Counted from the first letter of the stretch, positions 20,228 through 31,884 are shown. The stretch: DNA of 64,000 bases from Campylobacterota bacterium (GCA_051746405.1 JBNJFB010000005.1:9914-73913), one strand, 5' to 3'. Notes: generated from the sequence alone by a model not told the origin. Numbers and translations: made by a program.

Positions 20228-22006
20228 TTATCTACTAATAATCTCATCTTCTAATTCTCTTTGTTTATTTTTTTGCTTTACAGAAACACCATATGCATTA
20301 TCTGTTTTATTAATATTAATTTGTTGTGTTGGAAATGCAATATGAATATCATCCTCTTTCATAAAAGCATTTACAATCTCAGGTGACATAGTACTTCTTA
20401 ATTGTAAAGCAGCATAAGAGTTAGTTAAGTACCACCCTGAAATCACCATTCCATACTCCTCAACAAAAGTAAATACCCTTGGTTCTACACCTGTTGATCT
20501 TAACTGATATTTACTTCTCATCTTTGACAACTGTTTTCTTGTAATATCAGTATAACCTTTTGAGTAGTGTTTTAAAATATCTTTCATAATTTTTTGGGCT
20601 TTTTTATGATTTGAATCATAAGTAATAGTCATATCAATACCATCCCATACTGTTCTAAGTCCTGAGTGAGTATAATTAGCTATCATTTCAGAAAATATAT
20701 AGTTATTTGGTATAAAGAAAATTCTACCAGTTCTTCTATTTACTTTATATGATGTATATGTAATATCCTCTCTAATAGTTATTTTAAATAGTGAAATATC
20801 AAGTACATCACCCACAACCTCAAGATTATTTCGATTTACTTTTATTCTATCTCCCACTTGAATTGAACCTGATGTTACAATAACCATCCAACCAAAAATA
20901 GACATAAACCAGTCTTTTAAAGCAATAGCAATACCAGCTGAAGCAAAACCTAAGATTGTAACCAAATAAGAAACATTATCTATATATGAAAATAAAACCG
21001 TCATCACAATTAAAAATACAACTGTAAAGTTGATTATTTTATTTATCATATAAAAACTCTCATTTTGAGAAAAGTATTTTTTAAGGGTAAGTTTAATTAA
21101 AAAAGTTAAAAATGAAAGAGTTAAAATTATTGACAAAATAACTAATACTTTTTGTATTTGTTCTGAGATTTGACCCTCTAAATCTAAAATAATTTGTTCG
21201 ATTTTTCTTGTGTAAACAACTTGTGTTGTGGAAACAATCTCCAAAACCATACTAAAATCTTTTTTTTGTTTATCTAAAAAAGTGATTTTATCTTTATATT
21301 CACTATTTTCAAGAAGATTAAATAAATCCAAATACAAAACCAACTCTTCATCTAACTTTTTAACCAAACTTGTTAATCTATCTTCCAACTGCTTAAACTG
21401 CTTTTTATTCTCCTTAAGCTCTTGAATATGTGAAAGTGCATTTATAATACCAAATGGGTTTGATATCTCTTCAAAACTCTTTATTTCAGGAGGATTTATC
21501 AAAGCCCCAATTGGCGAGCCCTTATACTCTTTTATAAGTTCAAGCTCATTTTGTTTTACTTTTATTTTATTATGTAATCTGAAAAGCTTTTCTTCATCTA
21601 GTTGATTTTGATTATTTTTAAGTTGAGCTTTTAGTTTTGCTAACTGTGTAGATATTTTAGTATATGATGAATAATTAGAGTATCTTTTTAATAATATATT
21701 ATCTTTTAATTCTGCCTCTATTTGTTGTATTCTATCTTTTAAACTATTTATTTTAGCTAGTTTTTGCATATCAATTTCACTAGCTTTTATCTGTTGTAAC
21801 TCTTTTTCTTTTTTTTGCTGTAACTCTTTTTGTGCTAAGTCATATCTCTCTTTTATAATTTGTTGTTCTATCTGGTCAATTAATGCTTTATCTTCTAAAT
21901 CAATTATCTTATCAATACCCTTTTCATTTAAAGAGGTATTACTTTCAGCCCACAAAATAGAAATAGTAGATATAATAAAAATTGAAAAAAGAAATCTATA
22001 AATCAA
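20228..22006 (-). CDS. MscS-family mechanosensitive channel with a coiled-coil periplasmic domain
   Basis: [24 protein letters not shown] and IAFPTQ. Confidence 0.88.
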   Translation of the reverse strand: MIYRFLFSIFIISTISILWAESNTSLNEKGIDKIIDLEDKALIDQIEQQIIKERYDLAQKELQQKKEKELQQIKASEIDMQKLAKINSLKDRIQQIEAELKDNILLKRYSNYSSYTKISTQLAKLKAQLKNNQNQLDEEKLFRLHNKIKVKQNELELIKEYKGSPIGALINPPEIKSFEEISNPFGIINALSHIQELKENKKQFKQLEDRLTSLVKKLDEELVLYLDLFNLLENSEYKDKITFLDKQKKDFSMVLEIVSTTQVVYTRKIEQIILDLEGQISEQIQKVLVILSIILTLSFLTFLIKLTLKKYFSQNESFYMINKIINFTVVFLIVMTVLFSYIDNVSYLVTILGFASAGIAIALKDWFMSIFGWMVIVTSGSIQVGDRIKVNRNNLEVVGDVLDISLFKITIREDITYTSYKVNRRTGRIFFIPNNYIFSEMIANYTHSGLRTVWDGIDMTITYDSNHKKAQKIMKDILKHYSKGYTDITRKQLSKMRSKYQLRSTGVEPRVFTFVEEYGMVISGWYLTNSYAALQLRSTMSPEIVNAFMKEDDIHIAFPTQQININKTDNAYGVSVKQKNKQRELEDEIISR

Positions 22007-23040
22007 TTAAAACCCTTTAAAACTTCAATAACATCATCTTTTTTTATCTCATCTGTAATAACACAATCACCCAAACTTTTAGGTAAAATAAATTTTATTT
22101 TATTATCTAGTGACTTTTTATCCAAAAAGAAGTGTTCATAAAACTTCTTTATATCTTCTATTTTATATGATGTTGGAATATCATACTTTTCTAAAAGAGT
22201 TTTTACTCTTAAAGCTTCATCTTCACTCATAAGTTCTTGCTTAACAGCAAGACTATTAGCCATAACAATACCTATACCAACAGCTTCACCATGTAGATAT
22301 TTTGAGTAATTTGTCTCATTTTCAATTACATGACCAAAAGTGTGCCCATAATTTAAAGCTGCTCTTATCCCATGCTCTTTTTCATCTTTTGAAACAACTT
22401 GAGCCTTTATTTGTACAGACTTAGAAATAGCATTTTTGATACTGTCTTCACTATTTAAATCATTATGCTCTAACCACTCAAAAAACTCCTTATCAAAAGT
22501 AACAGCCATTTTTATTATCTCTGCAACACCTGCAGAAAACTCTCTTTTAGGGAGAGTTTTTAACATACTAGGGTCTATATATACAGCCTTTGGTTGATGA
22601 AATGCTCCTATTAAATTTTTTCCAAACTTATTATTTATACCAGTTTTACCACCAACACTTGCATCCACTTGTGAAAGTAAAGTAGTTGGTATTTGAATAA
22701 ACTCAATACCCCTTTGGTAAATCGAAGCTGCAAAGCCTGTCATATCGCCAATAACACCACCACCAAAAGCTATTAAGATAGATTTTCTATCCAATCTTTT
22801 TTCAAAACAATGCTCTAAAATCATCTCAATTGTTTGCATATTTTTATACTCTTCGCCATCTGGAATAGTAACTACACTAAACTGTTTTGCAGTTATATTC
22901 TCTTTTAGATACTCCAAATGAAAACCACTTACAGTAGGGTTAGTTACAACAACTACTTTAGTATCAAAATTAACTTGCCTTAACCTATCAATAGCAATAT
23001 CATATGAGTTATTATTTCCAAGCATTATATTTACAACCAT
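22003..23040 (-). CDS. aroB: 3-dehydroquinate synthase
   Basis: [24 protein letters not shown] and LNYGHTFGH. Confidence 0.96.
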   Translation of the reverse strand: MVVNIMLGNNNSYDIAIDRLRQVNFDTKVVVVTNPTVSGFHLEYLKENITAKQFSVVTIPDGEEYKNMQTIEMILEHCFEKRLDRKSILIAFGGGVIGDMTGFAASIYQRGIEFIQIPTTLLSQVDASVGGKTGINNKFGKNLIGAFHQPKAVYIDPSMLKTLPKREFSAGVAEIIKMAVTFDKEFFEWLEHNDLNSEDSIKNAISKSVQIKAQVVSKDEKEHGIRAALNYGHTFGHVIENETNYSKYLHGEAVGIGIVMANSLAVKQELMSEDEALRVKTLLEKYDIPTSYKIEDIKKFYEHFFLDKKSLDNKIKFILPKSLGDCVITDEIKKDDVIEVLKGFN

Positions 23041-23193
23041 TTATTATCCATTTGTATTTTTCATAAATTTTATCTAAAACTATCTAATTAAAGGTTTAAA
23101 ACTACTACAAAAATAAAATTGTCTAATCGCTTTTTAAGATTAGTTTGTTATGGTTTACACATTATTTTGTTATGTCACAAAAGGATATCTATA

Positions 23194-24840
23194 ATGAAAA
23201 TAGCTAGTGTTGGTTTTTTTAAGGGAATGAACCGAAAAATGTCGGTAATTTCTATAATACTTATTGTTGTATCTGTTCTAATAACTGCATACTATCCAAG
23301 TAAAAGTTCTGTTTATTTAGAACAAACAAGAGATTTTATAAATCCATTTTTAGAGTGGTACTATATACTTTTAGTTGCATTTTTACTTTTTTTAATGATT
23401 TGGCTTGGAATGGGTCGATATAGAAATGTTAGATTAGGTGGAGATTTAGAACAACCTGAATTTACCTTTTTTTCATGGGTATCAATGCTTTTTGCAGCTG
23501 GAACTGGTGTAGGAATACTATTTTGGTCTGTAGCACAACCTATTATGCAGTTTCAAAGCAATCCTTTCACAGGTGCAGAGATGACCCCACAAGCTGCTAT
23601 TACAGGTATGAGCCTTAGCTTTTTCCACTGGGGATTAAATGGATGGGCAATATTTTCATTTATTGCTCTTACCTTAGCATATTTTTCATTTAGGCATGAC
23701 TACCCTTTGACTATTCGTTCAGCACTTTATCCACTATTTGGAAGAAAAGTGGACTCTTTTTTTGGTGATATTATAGATGTATTAGCTGTTTTTGGTACTG
23801 TTTTTGGTATTGCGACAACTTTAGGCTTAGGGGTTCAACAAATGAACACAGGATTAAGAAAGGTTTTTGAAATAGAAACCTCCTTAACCTTTCAACTAAC
23901 AGTAATGTCACTTATAATGTTAATAGCTGTTGCATCTGTTGTATCAGGTGTTAATAAAGGGGTTAGATTTCTATCAGTTAGTAACTTTTGGCTTAGTATT
24001 ATAGCATTAACATTTTTACTTTTATTTGGGCCAACACAATATCTAATTGGTATTACAATTGAGTCAACTGGTCACTATATACAAAATATTTTAAGACTAA
24101 CTTTTCATACAAATGTGACCCATGATACCAGTTGGCAATCTGTATGGACAGTATTTTTCTGGGGATGGTGGATAGCATGGTCACCATTTGTAGGGATGTT
24201 TATAGCAAGAATATCAAGGGGGAGAACCTTTGGTGAGTTTGTATCAGGTGTTTTACTAACCCCTACTTTAATTACTATAATATGGATAGGACTATTTGGT
24301 GGAACTGCTTTATATGAAGAGCTTATTTTACAAAAAGATATTGTATCAGCAGTGAACCAAGATGTATCAAGTGCACTATTTGTAATGCTAGAAAATCTAA
24401 ACTTAGGAACACTTGGCAGTATAATGTCATTTTTAATGATTGTACTTATTGCCACATATTTAATTACATCAGCAAATGCAGGAACACTTGTAATCACTAC
24501 TATTCTAGCAGCAGGTTCAACAACACCACCAACAAGCCATAGAATTTTATGGGGTATAATTCTCACACTTCTTACAGGTGTTTTAATAGTTGCAGGTGGA
24601 CTTCAAACCTTACAAGCAGCAGTTATAACAGCTGCATTACCATTTTCATTTGTGATTATTCTTATGGTTGTAGGTTTATTAAAAAGTCTAAGCTTAGAAA
24701 AAACTCCTGTTAGGTCAGGTAATGAATCAGTAGCAGCTAGAGAACCTTGGATTTTAGAAAAAGATGTAGGGGAAGAACCAACAATAGTAGATGAACTAAA
24801 TCCAAATGTAAAAGAGATGAAAGACCCTGAATACAAGTAG
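23194..24840 (+). CDS. BCCT-family betaine/choline/carnitine transporter (start placed at ATG 23194)
   Basis: SMLFAAGTG, FHWG and WTVFFWGWWIAWSPFVGMFIARISRGRT; AAGGA ribosome-binding site before 23194. Confidence 0.92.
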   Translation: MKIASVGFFKGMNRKMSVISIILIVVSVLITAYYPSKSSVYLEQTRDFINPFLEWYYILLVAFLLFLMIWLGMGRYRNVRLGGDLEQPEFTFFSWVSMLFAAGTGVGILFWSVAQPIMQFQSNPFTGAEMTPQAAITGMSLSFFHWGLNGWAIFSFIALTLAYFSFRHDYPLTIRSALYPLFGRKVDSFFGDIIDVLAVFGTVFGIATTLGLGVQQMNTGLRKVFEIETSLTFQLTVMSLIMLIAVASVVSGVNKGVRFLSVSNFWLSIIALTFLLLFGPTQYLIGITIESTGHYIQNILRLTFHTNVTHDTSWQSVWTVFFWGWWIAWSPFVGMFIARISRGRTFGEFVSGVLLTPTLITIIWIGLFGGTALYEELILQKDIVSAVNQDVSSALFVMLENLNLGTLGSIMSFLMIVLIATYLITSANAGTLVITTILAAGSTTPPTSHRILWGIILTLLTGVLIVAGGLQTLQAAVITAALPFSFVIILMVVGLLKSLSLEKTPVRSGNESVAAREPWILEKDVGEEPTIVDELNPNVKEMKDPEYK

Positions 24841-24850
24841 GTATTTAGGG
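24825..24850. terminator. Hairpin between the convergent BCCT and HD-GYP genes
   Basis: CCCTGAATAC-AAGTAG-GTATTTAGGG. Confidence 0.5.
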
Positions 24851-24861
24851 TTTAAGATATC

Positions 24862-26649
24862 TTAGTCATCAAATTTTTCTTTTATTTCTAAAAACTTATC
24901 TAAATTTTTAAAAAATATATCAATTAAAATAGGATCAAAGTGTTTTGCTCTTTGCTCTTTAAAAAGCTCAAGTATTCTATCTAAGTCCCATGCTTTCTTA
25001 TAAACTCTATCATGACCCAAAGCATCAAGAACATCAGCTATAGCTGTTATTCTTCCATAAATATGAATTTGCTCACCTTTAAGTCCTCTAGGATAACCAC
25101 TTCCATCCCATTTCTCATGGTGTTCATAAGCTACAATAGCAGCAGCTTTTAATACCTCTCTACTAGAACCCTCTAAAACTTTATACCCAATATTAGCATG
25201 TGACTTCATCACCTCAAACTCTTCTTTTGTAAGTTTGCCTGGCTTATTTAAAATACTATCTGCAATAGCAACTTTACCTATATCGTGCATAGGACTTGCA
25301 GTAAAAAGTGTTTCAGCCTCTTTATAGCTAAGCCCATATAAAAGTGCTAAAAGCCTAGAGTATTCAGCCACCCTTTTTACATGATTTCCTGTTTCCTTAC
25401 TTCTACTTTCACCTATCTCTCCCATTTTATATACTATCTCTTTTTGAGTAGCTTCAATCTCAAGATGTGAATTTACAAGAGGCGTAACATCGTGCATTAT
25501 AAGTAAATACTCACAAATATCTCCATTGATATTTTTTATGGGCTTGATAGTTGTTTCAGTATAAAATGGCTCACCATACTTTGGTTTTCCTTTAAAATTT
25601 CCTGTATAAACTCTGCCTTTTTGAACTATTTTTAATATCCCATGTCTATTCTCTAAGGATTCCCACGATATAAAATCACTAATTCTAGCTTTTAGCATCT
25701 CACTTTTTTTATATTTTGTAAGTTGCAGATACTTATCATTAACATACTCAATTGTAAATTTAGTTGAGAGTTTTGCAATAGCACTATTATTTATAATAGC
25801 ATCTTCATACTCTTTTAATGAATTAGATGTATCTTCAAGCTCATTATTTAAAGACTCTTTATAGTTTTGTAGTTGTGTAATATCTGTTCTTAATCCAATA
25901 AATTCAACAATCTCACCTTTGTTATCTAAAATAGGCTTGATAGTAGCCTCAACCCAATAATAAGAACCATCTTTTTTAAGATTTTTAATCTCACCTCTCC
26001 AAGTTTTTTTAAGATTTTTGATTGTATGCCAAAGATCAGAAAAAATCTCTTTTGGCATATGTGGATGCCTTACTATACTATGTGGCTTTCCTATAATCTC
26101 ATCTTTTTCATAACCTGAAATCTTACAAAACTCAGAGTTAACATATGTAATTATTCCATTTTTATCTGCTTTTGAAAGAATAGAACCATCATCAACCGCA
26201 TCTTTATACTCTTGAAGTAGCTTTTGCGATTGCTCAAGTTGCTTATATGCACTAACATCATGTTGAACACAAAAGTAGTGTGATAACTCACCTTTTTTAT
26301 TATATAAAGCTGAAATGTTCCACTCCACCCAATATGAAGTACCATCTTTTCTATAGTTTATTGTACTATCTTGAAAAAACTCACCTGCTTGAAGCTTTTG
26401 TTTTAATCTATTTAAAACATCTCTACTAGTTTGCTCACCTTGTAAAATACGAGGAGTTTTACCTAAAATCTCTTCAAAACTATATCCAGTTTGTTTACAA
26501 AAAGCACTATTTGCATATATGATTTGTGGTCCAGGAAGCTCTAGCTGGGATGTGGTTATTACTACAGAGTTAAAAAGTTGCTCAAAAAATGGCTTAAATA
26601 GATCAAGGTTATCTATATCAAAATCAAATTCTTCCAAAGGTGTTGTCAT
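24862..26649 (-). CDS. Triple-PAS HD-GYP cyclic-dinucleotide phosphodiesterase
   Basis: Three PAS/PAC units; ETGNH, MHDIGK and HHEKWDGSGYP. Confidence 0.92.
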   Translation of the reverse strand: MTTPLEEFDFDIDNLDLFKPFFEQLFNSVVITTSQLELPGPQIIYANSAFCKQTGYSFEEILGKTPRILQGEQTSRDVLNRLKQKLQAGEFFQDSTINYRKDGTSYWVEWNISALYNKKGELSHYFCVQHDVSAYKQLEQSQKLLQEYKDAVDDGSILSKADKNGIITYVNSEFCKISGYEKDEIIGKPHSIVRHPHMPKEIFSDLWHTIKNLKKTWRGEIKNLKKDGSYYWVEATIKPILDNKGEIVEFIGLRTDITQLQNYKESLNNELEDTSNSLKEYEDAIINNSAIAKLSTKFTIEYVNDKYLQLTKYKKSEMLKARISDFISWESLENRHGILKIVQKGRVYTGNFKGKPKYGEPFYTETTIKPIKNINGDICEYLLIMHDVTPLVNSHLEIEATQKEIVYKMGEIGESRSKETGNHVKRVAEYSRLLALLYGLSYKEAETLFTASPMHDIGKVAIADSILNKPGKLTKEEFEVMKSHANIGYKVLEGSSREVLKAAAIVAYEHHEKWDGSGYPRGLKGEQIHIYGRITAIADVLDALGHDRVYKKAWDLDRILELFKEQRAKHFDPILIDIFFKNLDKFLEIKEKFDD

Positions 26650-26762
26650 AAAATCTTCTTCTTAAGTATAATATTTAAATACGTATATTGTATCATAATT
26701 TACTTACGCCCATTTAAAGCATAAGCAAATTTTTTATCTTTAACTTTTCATAAACTATACTT

Positions 26763-28217
26763 TTAAAATAGTTCAATTAAAAAAAGCCAGCTCATAGTTA
26801 TTACAGGCCCTAAAACTGCAGTAACAATACCTAATATTAAGAAGTCTTTACCTTGAACTTTATTGCTTGAGTACATAATCGCATTTGGTGGAGTAGAAAC
26901 AGGTAGTATCATCGCAAAAGAAGCACTTAATGCCACTGCAATGACTGCTACTAAGCTTGAATCAGGTGAGATACTTATAGCCACTGCTATTACAATTGGA
27001 AGCATAATATTTGCAGCTGCTGTATTACTCATAAAGTTTGAAACTACTACTACAAGATAAGAAAAAATCACTATAACCATAAGCATACCAAGAGTTTCTG
27101 TGGGCACAAAAGAGGCTAGCCAAAGGTCAAGACCTGTTTTTGATACTCCAAGACCAAGACTTAATCCACCAATAATAAGAATAATCACATCCCAACGAAT
27201 ATGACAAATATCATCTGCATCTAAAATCCCAAAAAGAGTAAATCCAATAATTGGAATAAGTGAAACTACAGTTGTAGGAATATGATGCAAAGGACCTGTT
27301 AGCCAAAGCAAAATAGTCAAAGCAAAGATAGCTATTGTTACGATTTTTTTCCAACTAGGTACAGTGGGTATCTTGGAAAACTTTTTTGTAGAATCATCAA
27401 AGTGCTCTACTTCTTTGATACTTCTAATATCAATAAAAGGCTCAGTTGAAGCATAGAGCTTAAGAATCACAAACCGTAAAACTAAAACCATTAAAATTGC
27501 AGGTACTACAGCATAACCCATCCAACCAATAAAAGATGGAGCGTTTTGCCCAAGTACACCTACTGCAATAGCATTGGGAGGAGTACCTATAATTGTTGAC
27601 ATCCCTCCAATATTTGCACCCACAACCACAGACAGAAGCATCGCTTTGCCAAATGGATTACCAGGTTTTACATGTAGAAGAAGTGGCGTTAATACAGTAA
27701 GCATCATTGCAGCAGTTGCTGTGTTTGAAACAAACATAGAAAGCAAAAATGTAACAGCAATAAGCCCAGAAACAATATTTTTTGGACGTCCACCCACATA
27801 AAAAAGTACCCTTTTTGCAAGCCATAAATCAAGTTTAGTTTTAGAAGCAGCACTTGCCATAATAAAACCTGCCAAAAATAAAAAAATCAACGGTGATGAC
27901 CAAGGCTTTAAATAACTCTCCCACTCATTTGAACCACTAGAAAAGTTAAAGTCACTAAAACCTAAGAGTATAATCTCAAGTGCAATTACTAATAGTGAAA
28001 CAGCAAATGCAGGAATTGCCTCTGTAATCCAAAGCCCAGCTGCAAATATAAGAATAAAAAGCATTAATACACCCTCTTTAGAAAGGGAATAATCAGGAAT
28101 AAATGCAACACATAAAGCAATTAATAAAGTAAATGTAAAAGATCTAAAAATAATTTTAAGAGGAATATTATAAGCCTTATCAATTAACTGCCGAAGACTC
28201 CGTCTCTCATCTAACAT
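26763..28217 (-). CDS. SLC13/DASS family Na+/anion symporter
   Basis: SMFVSNTATA, IGTPPN, FMSNTA and STPPNA. Confidence 0.9.
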   Translation of the reverse strand: MLDERRSLRQLIDKAYNIPLKIIFRSFTFTLLIALCVAFIPDYSLSKEGVLMLFILIFAAGLWITEAIPAFAVSLLVIALEIILLGFSDFNFSSGSNEWESYLKPWSSPLIFLFLAGFIMASAASKTKLDLWLAKRVLFYVGGRPKNIVSGLIAVTFLLSMFVSNTATAAMMLTVLTPLLLHVKPGNPFGKAMLLSVVVGANIGGMSTIIGTPPNAIAVGVLGQNAPSFIGWMGYAVVPAILMVLVLRFVILKLYASTEPFIDIRSIKEVEHFDDSTKKFSKIPTVPSWKKIVTIAIFALTILLWLTGPLHHIPTTVVSLIPIIGFTLFGILDADDICHIRWDVIILIIGGLSLGLGVSKTGLDLWLASFVPTETLGMLMVIVIFSYLVVVVSNFMSNTAAANIMLPIVIAVAISISPDSSLVAVIAVALSASFAMILPVSTPPNAIMYSSNKVQGKDFLILGIVTAVLGPVITMSWLFLIELF

Positions 28218-28232
28218 TATAATCCTTTATTA

Positions 28233-28634
28233 TTAAAATTTTAAAATAGACTCTTTAGTAATATCTACCATAGATTGATACTTACTATAATCGTTTATTT
28301 CTTCAAAACTCTTTGTTTGCATTGAAAAAATATAAAATGGTATATTAACCCCATAAAGTGAAACTAACATCTGCATCAATATGAAGGGGCTTAGTTGATG
28401 GCTAATCCTATGTTCATAAGAGGGCAAAGGGACTGCTAATGTGTAAGATGAACCATAAGAAGCATCTACAAAAACTATTTTTGTTGCATCTTTTAACTCT
28501 AAACAGTGTTCAGGAAGTAGTTGATGAGTTTGGATACATTTAAACTTACAATTCTGACTGAAGCTTTTTACCACATCTAAACCAAATGCATCTTCTCCTC
28601 TTAATTCATTGCCCATTCCTACTAAATAAATCAT
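28233..28634 (-). CDS. hoxW: Hydrogenase maturation endopeptidase (HoxW-like)
   Basis: GMGNELRGEDAFG, HQLLPE, FVDA and SH motifs. Confidence 0.8.
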   Translation of the reverse strand: MIYLVGMGNELRGEDAFGLDVVKSFSQNCKFKCIQTHQLLPEHCLELKDATKIVFVDASYGSSYTLAVPLPSYEHRISHQLSPFILMQMLVSLYGVNIPFYIFSMQTKSFEEINDYSKYQSMVDITKESILKF

Positions 28635-28650
28635 TAGTTTTTATCTTTAT

Positions 28651-29619
28651 TTATCTTACCATCTGTGTTGCCATATCCAATAAATTCTGTTTTATTTTAT
28701 ATTTTTGGCTATTTACATAATCTATTGTTACAAATTCAAACTTTGATTCTTTATAAACTATCACATAAGACTCTGTTTTATTATCTATATTTAAAAGTTT
28801 GTCAATAGAATATGTTACAAATTCAACTGCCATAAGTCTATCATATACAGTGGGATTTCCACCTCTTTGTATATGACCTAATGTTGTAGCTCTTGTTTCA
28901 ATTCCAACTTCATTTTCTAAGAAGTCAACTATATTTTCTGTTTGTTTTGTACCCTCTGCCACAAGGGCTACTATATATTGTCTACCATTTAATAACTCAT
29001 TTTTTAGTTTAGTTTTCAGTGAATTTAAGTCATATTCAAGTTCTGGTATTATACAAATCTCTGCTCCACAAGTAATAGCTGAAACTAGTGCTAAATATCC
29101 ACAATCTCTACCCATAGTCTCTATAACACAACCTCTTTTAAATGAAGCAGAGGTATCTCTAATAGCATCTGTTGCACCCCTAATTATATTTAAAGCTGTA
29201 TCTACACCTAGACAATAGTCTGTAGCAAATATGTCATTATCAATTGTAGATGGTATTGCAATAAAAGGAATAGAAAAATCTTTATGAAATTGATTTAAAG
29301 CTCGAAATGAACCATCACCTCCAAGAATAATAAGCCTACTTATTCCATATGATTTTAAATTTTCATAAGCTTGTTTTCTATATTTATACTCATAAAATCG
29401 TTTGGATCTTGATGACCGAATCTTAGTCCCACCCTCATGCATTATTCCTGCTACATCTTCATATGTAGCTTTTTTAATAGTACCGTTTATTAATCCCTCT
29501 AATCCATCATAGATTAAGAATGGTTCTATTTTTAATGTAAAACAGTAATCAACAAACTGTTTTATAGCAGGGTTCATTCCAGCACAATCTCCACCTGAAG
29601 TAAGTATTGCTATTGCCAT
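28651..29619 (-). CDS. pfkA: ATP-dependent 6-phosphofructokinase
   Basis: ILTSGGDCAGMN, GGDGS, TIDNDI, MGRDCG and LGHIQRGG. Confidence 0.93.
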   Translation of the reverse strand: MAIAILTSGGDCAGMNPAIKQFVDYCFTLKIEPFLIYDGLEGLINGTIKKATYEDVAGIMHEGGTKIRSSRSKRFYEYKYRKQAYENLKSYGISRLIILGGDGSFRALNQFHKDFSIPFIAIPSTIDNDIFATDYCLGVDTALNIIRGATDAIRDTSASFKRGCVIETMGRDCGYLALVSAITCGAEICIIPELEYDLNSLKTKLKNELLNGRQYIVALVAEGTKQTENIVDFLENEVGIETRATTLGHIQRGGNPTVYDRLMAVEFVTYSIDKLLNIDNKTESYVIVYKESKFEFVTIDYVNSQKYKIKQNLLDMATQMVR

Positions 29620-29620
29620 T

Positions 29621-30889
29621 TTAACTCTCTTTTTTCATCTTTTTTATAAGCTTTTTCTTCCCTAGTTCAACTCCTGGTTGATCATATGTATTTATGTCAA
29701 GCATTATACCTACAACTGAAGTTAATAGTTCGTAATAGTATATTAAACTTCCTAAGTTATCAATATTTAGATTATTTATTGTAATCATATCACATGGGAT
29801 TCCTGACTCACTTACACTCTCATATGTAGCCATACATTGGGCATTTATTAAGCTACTAAAACTATAATTATTACTGTAGTTTACCCCTGTAATATGGTCA
29901 AGTTTTATATCAGGTATTTTAATATCTGTTTGGAAATCATTTATTTTTAAAAAAGTTACTGTTTTATCCTCAGGACCTTGCATAACTAGCTGTAAAAAAG
30001 AGTGTTGGTCAACACTTCCTACTAATCCAATAGGAGTTAAACCCACTTTTTTAAATGTTTTATTAAGTTTTCCCAAACTCTCTCCCCATAACTGAACATA
30101 CCACTTATTAAAGTTCTCAAAACTAGACCCATAAGAAAAAAGTATATTTATAGGTTTCTTTTTGGCTTTTTTAAAGTAAAAATATGCTTTTTCTAAAAGA
30201 TGGTCATGTTTTCTATTAAAAAAATCTTTCTCAAACTTTGCTGCACCTAAAATAAGTTTTTCTATATCATATCCAATAATAGAAAGTGGAACAAGTCCAA
30301 CTGCACTTAATACAGAAAACCTTCCCCCAACGTTTTTAGGAATTGTAAAGGTTTTTATTTTATACTGTTGTGCAAATAAAAATAGTGGAGAGTTTTCATC
30401 TGTTATTGCAATAAGATTTTTTGTATCTTTTGTATGTAAATCTATTTTATATCTTTGAAGTACATACTTAAATATAGAAGTTGTTTCAATTGTTGTACCT
30501 GATTTGCTAATAACAATAAATATCGAATCTTCTTTATTAACATCTATTAAGTTTTCTTTTATATTGCTAGGGTCTCCATTTTCAAGAAATATTAATTTTA
30601 TTTCAGATTTCTTTTTAAATCCTAAAATAGCATCAATAGCTTTAGTACCTAAACTAGATCCACCTATTCCAATAACAACAACATTTTTAATTTTATTATT
30701 TTGAAGAGAATTGTGATTCTTTTTATATTCTTCTATTTGATGAATTAGAGGTTTTGTATTATTTGGTAAAGAGTAGTAACCAACTTTATTACTATCTTTC
30801 TCCTTTTTTAGTTTCTTAAAAGTACTTTCACAAAACTCAGTTGCTTTTTTACCAATTTTTGGGTTAAATTGTCTCTGGAATTGAAGCAT
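29621..30889 (-). CDS. pgi: Glucose-6-phosphate isomerase
   Basis: IGIGGSSLG, SKSGTTIET, VGGRFSVLS and DQPGVELGK. Confidence 0.93.
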   Translation of the reverse strand: MLQFQRQFNPKIGKKATEFCESTFKKLKKEKDSNKVGYYSLPNNTKPLIHQIEEYKKNHNSLQNNKIKNVVVIGIGGSSLGTKAIDAILGFKKKSEIKLIFLENGDPSNIKENLIDVNKEDSIFIVISKSGTTIETTSIFKYVLQRYKIDLHTKDTKNLIAITDENSPLFLFAQQYKIKTFTIPKNVGGRFSVLSAVGLVPLSIIGYDIEKLILGAAKFEKDFFNRKHDHLLEKAYFYFKKAKKKPINILFSYGSSFENFNKWYVQLWGESLGKLNKTFKKVGLTPIGLVGSVDQHSFLQLVMQGPEDKTVTFLKINDFQTDIKIPDIKLDHITGVNYSNNYSFSSLINAQCMATYESVSESGIPCDMITINNLNIDNLGSLIYYYELLTSVVGIMLDINTYDQPGVELGKKKLIKKMKKES

Positions 30890-31884
30890 TATTTTGTTCC
30901 TACAAACTTTACCATATCAACTAATCTTGAGCTATATCCCCACTCATTATCATACCAAGCTAATACTTTTACAGTTTTAGCATCTACAACATTTGTCATA
31001 TCAGGTACAAATGTAGAGCTATAAGTACTACCTACAAAATCACTAGATACTCTTTTGTCATTATCTATTTCAATTAAGCCTTTAAAATCTGCTTGACTTG
31101 CTTTTGTCATAGCATCATTTATTGCATCTACAGTAACCTCTTTATGTAAATTAACTGTTAAATCTACTACAGAAACATCAGCTGTAGGAACTCTCATAGC
31201 ATAGCCATTTAATTTACCTGTTAAATTTGGCATAACTTTAGCAATAGCTTTTGCTGCACCTGTTGTAGTTGGTATCATATTTACAGCAGCTGCTCTTGCT
31301 CTTCTTTTATCACTTTTATGTTTTACATCTAAGATATTTTGATCATTTGTGTAAGAATGAATAGTTGTCATAAGTCCATTTTCAATCCCAAACTCTTCAT
31401 CTAAAACTTTACAAATAGGTGCTAAACAGTTTGTAGTACAAGAAGCATTAGATATTATCTCTTCACCTTTATACTCATTAGTATTAATATTTAATACATA
31501 AGTGGGTGTGTCATCTTTAGCAGGTGCTGACATTACAACTTTTTCTACTCCATCTTTTAGATATGCCTTACATTTTTCAGTAGTTAAAAAAGCACCCGTA
31601 CACTCAATAACAACTTTAGCTTTACATTTTCCAAAACCTAACTCTTTTGGATCTCTTGTGGAGAATATTTTTACATATTTTCCATTGATTTTCATAGTTG
31701 TATCATCAACAATTACAGCATCTACACCTTTATGAACTGAATCATATTTTAAAAGATATTGCAACATATCCATACTTGATGTTGTATTAATTGCTACTAA
31801 TTCTAAATCATCTCTACTTGTTACAATTTTTGCTACAATTACACCTATTCTTCCTGTTCCATTTATTGCTACTTTTAATGCCAT
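30889..31884 (-). CDS. gap: Glyceraldehyde-3-phosphate dehydrogenase (type I)
   Basis: INGTGRIG, SNASCTTNCLAP and WYDNEWGY. Confidence 0.96.
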   Translation of the reverse strand: MALKVAINGTGRIGVIVAKIVTSRDDLELVAINTTSSMDMLQYLLKYDSVHKGVDAVIVDDTTMKINGKYVKIFSTRDPKELGFGKCKAKVVIECTGAFLTTEKCKAYLKDGVEKVVMSAPAKDDTPTYVLNINTNEYKGEEIISNASCTTNCLAPICKVLDEEFGIENGLMTTIHSYTNDQNILDVKHKSDKRRARAAAVNMIPTTTGAAKAIAKVMPNLTGKLNGYAMRVPTADVSVVDLTVNLHKEVTVDAINDAMTKASQADFKGLIEIDNDKRVSSDFVGSTYSSTFVPDMTNVVDAKTVKVLAWYDNEWGYSSRLVDMVKFVGTK

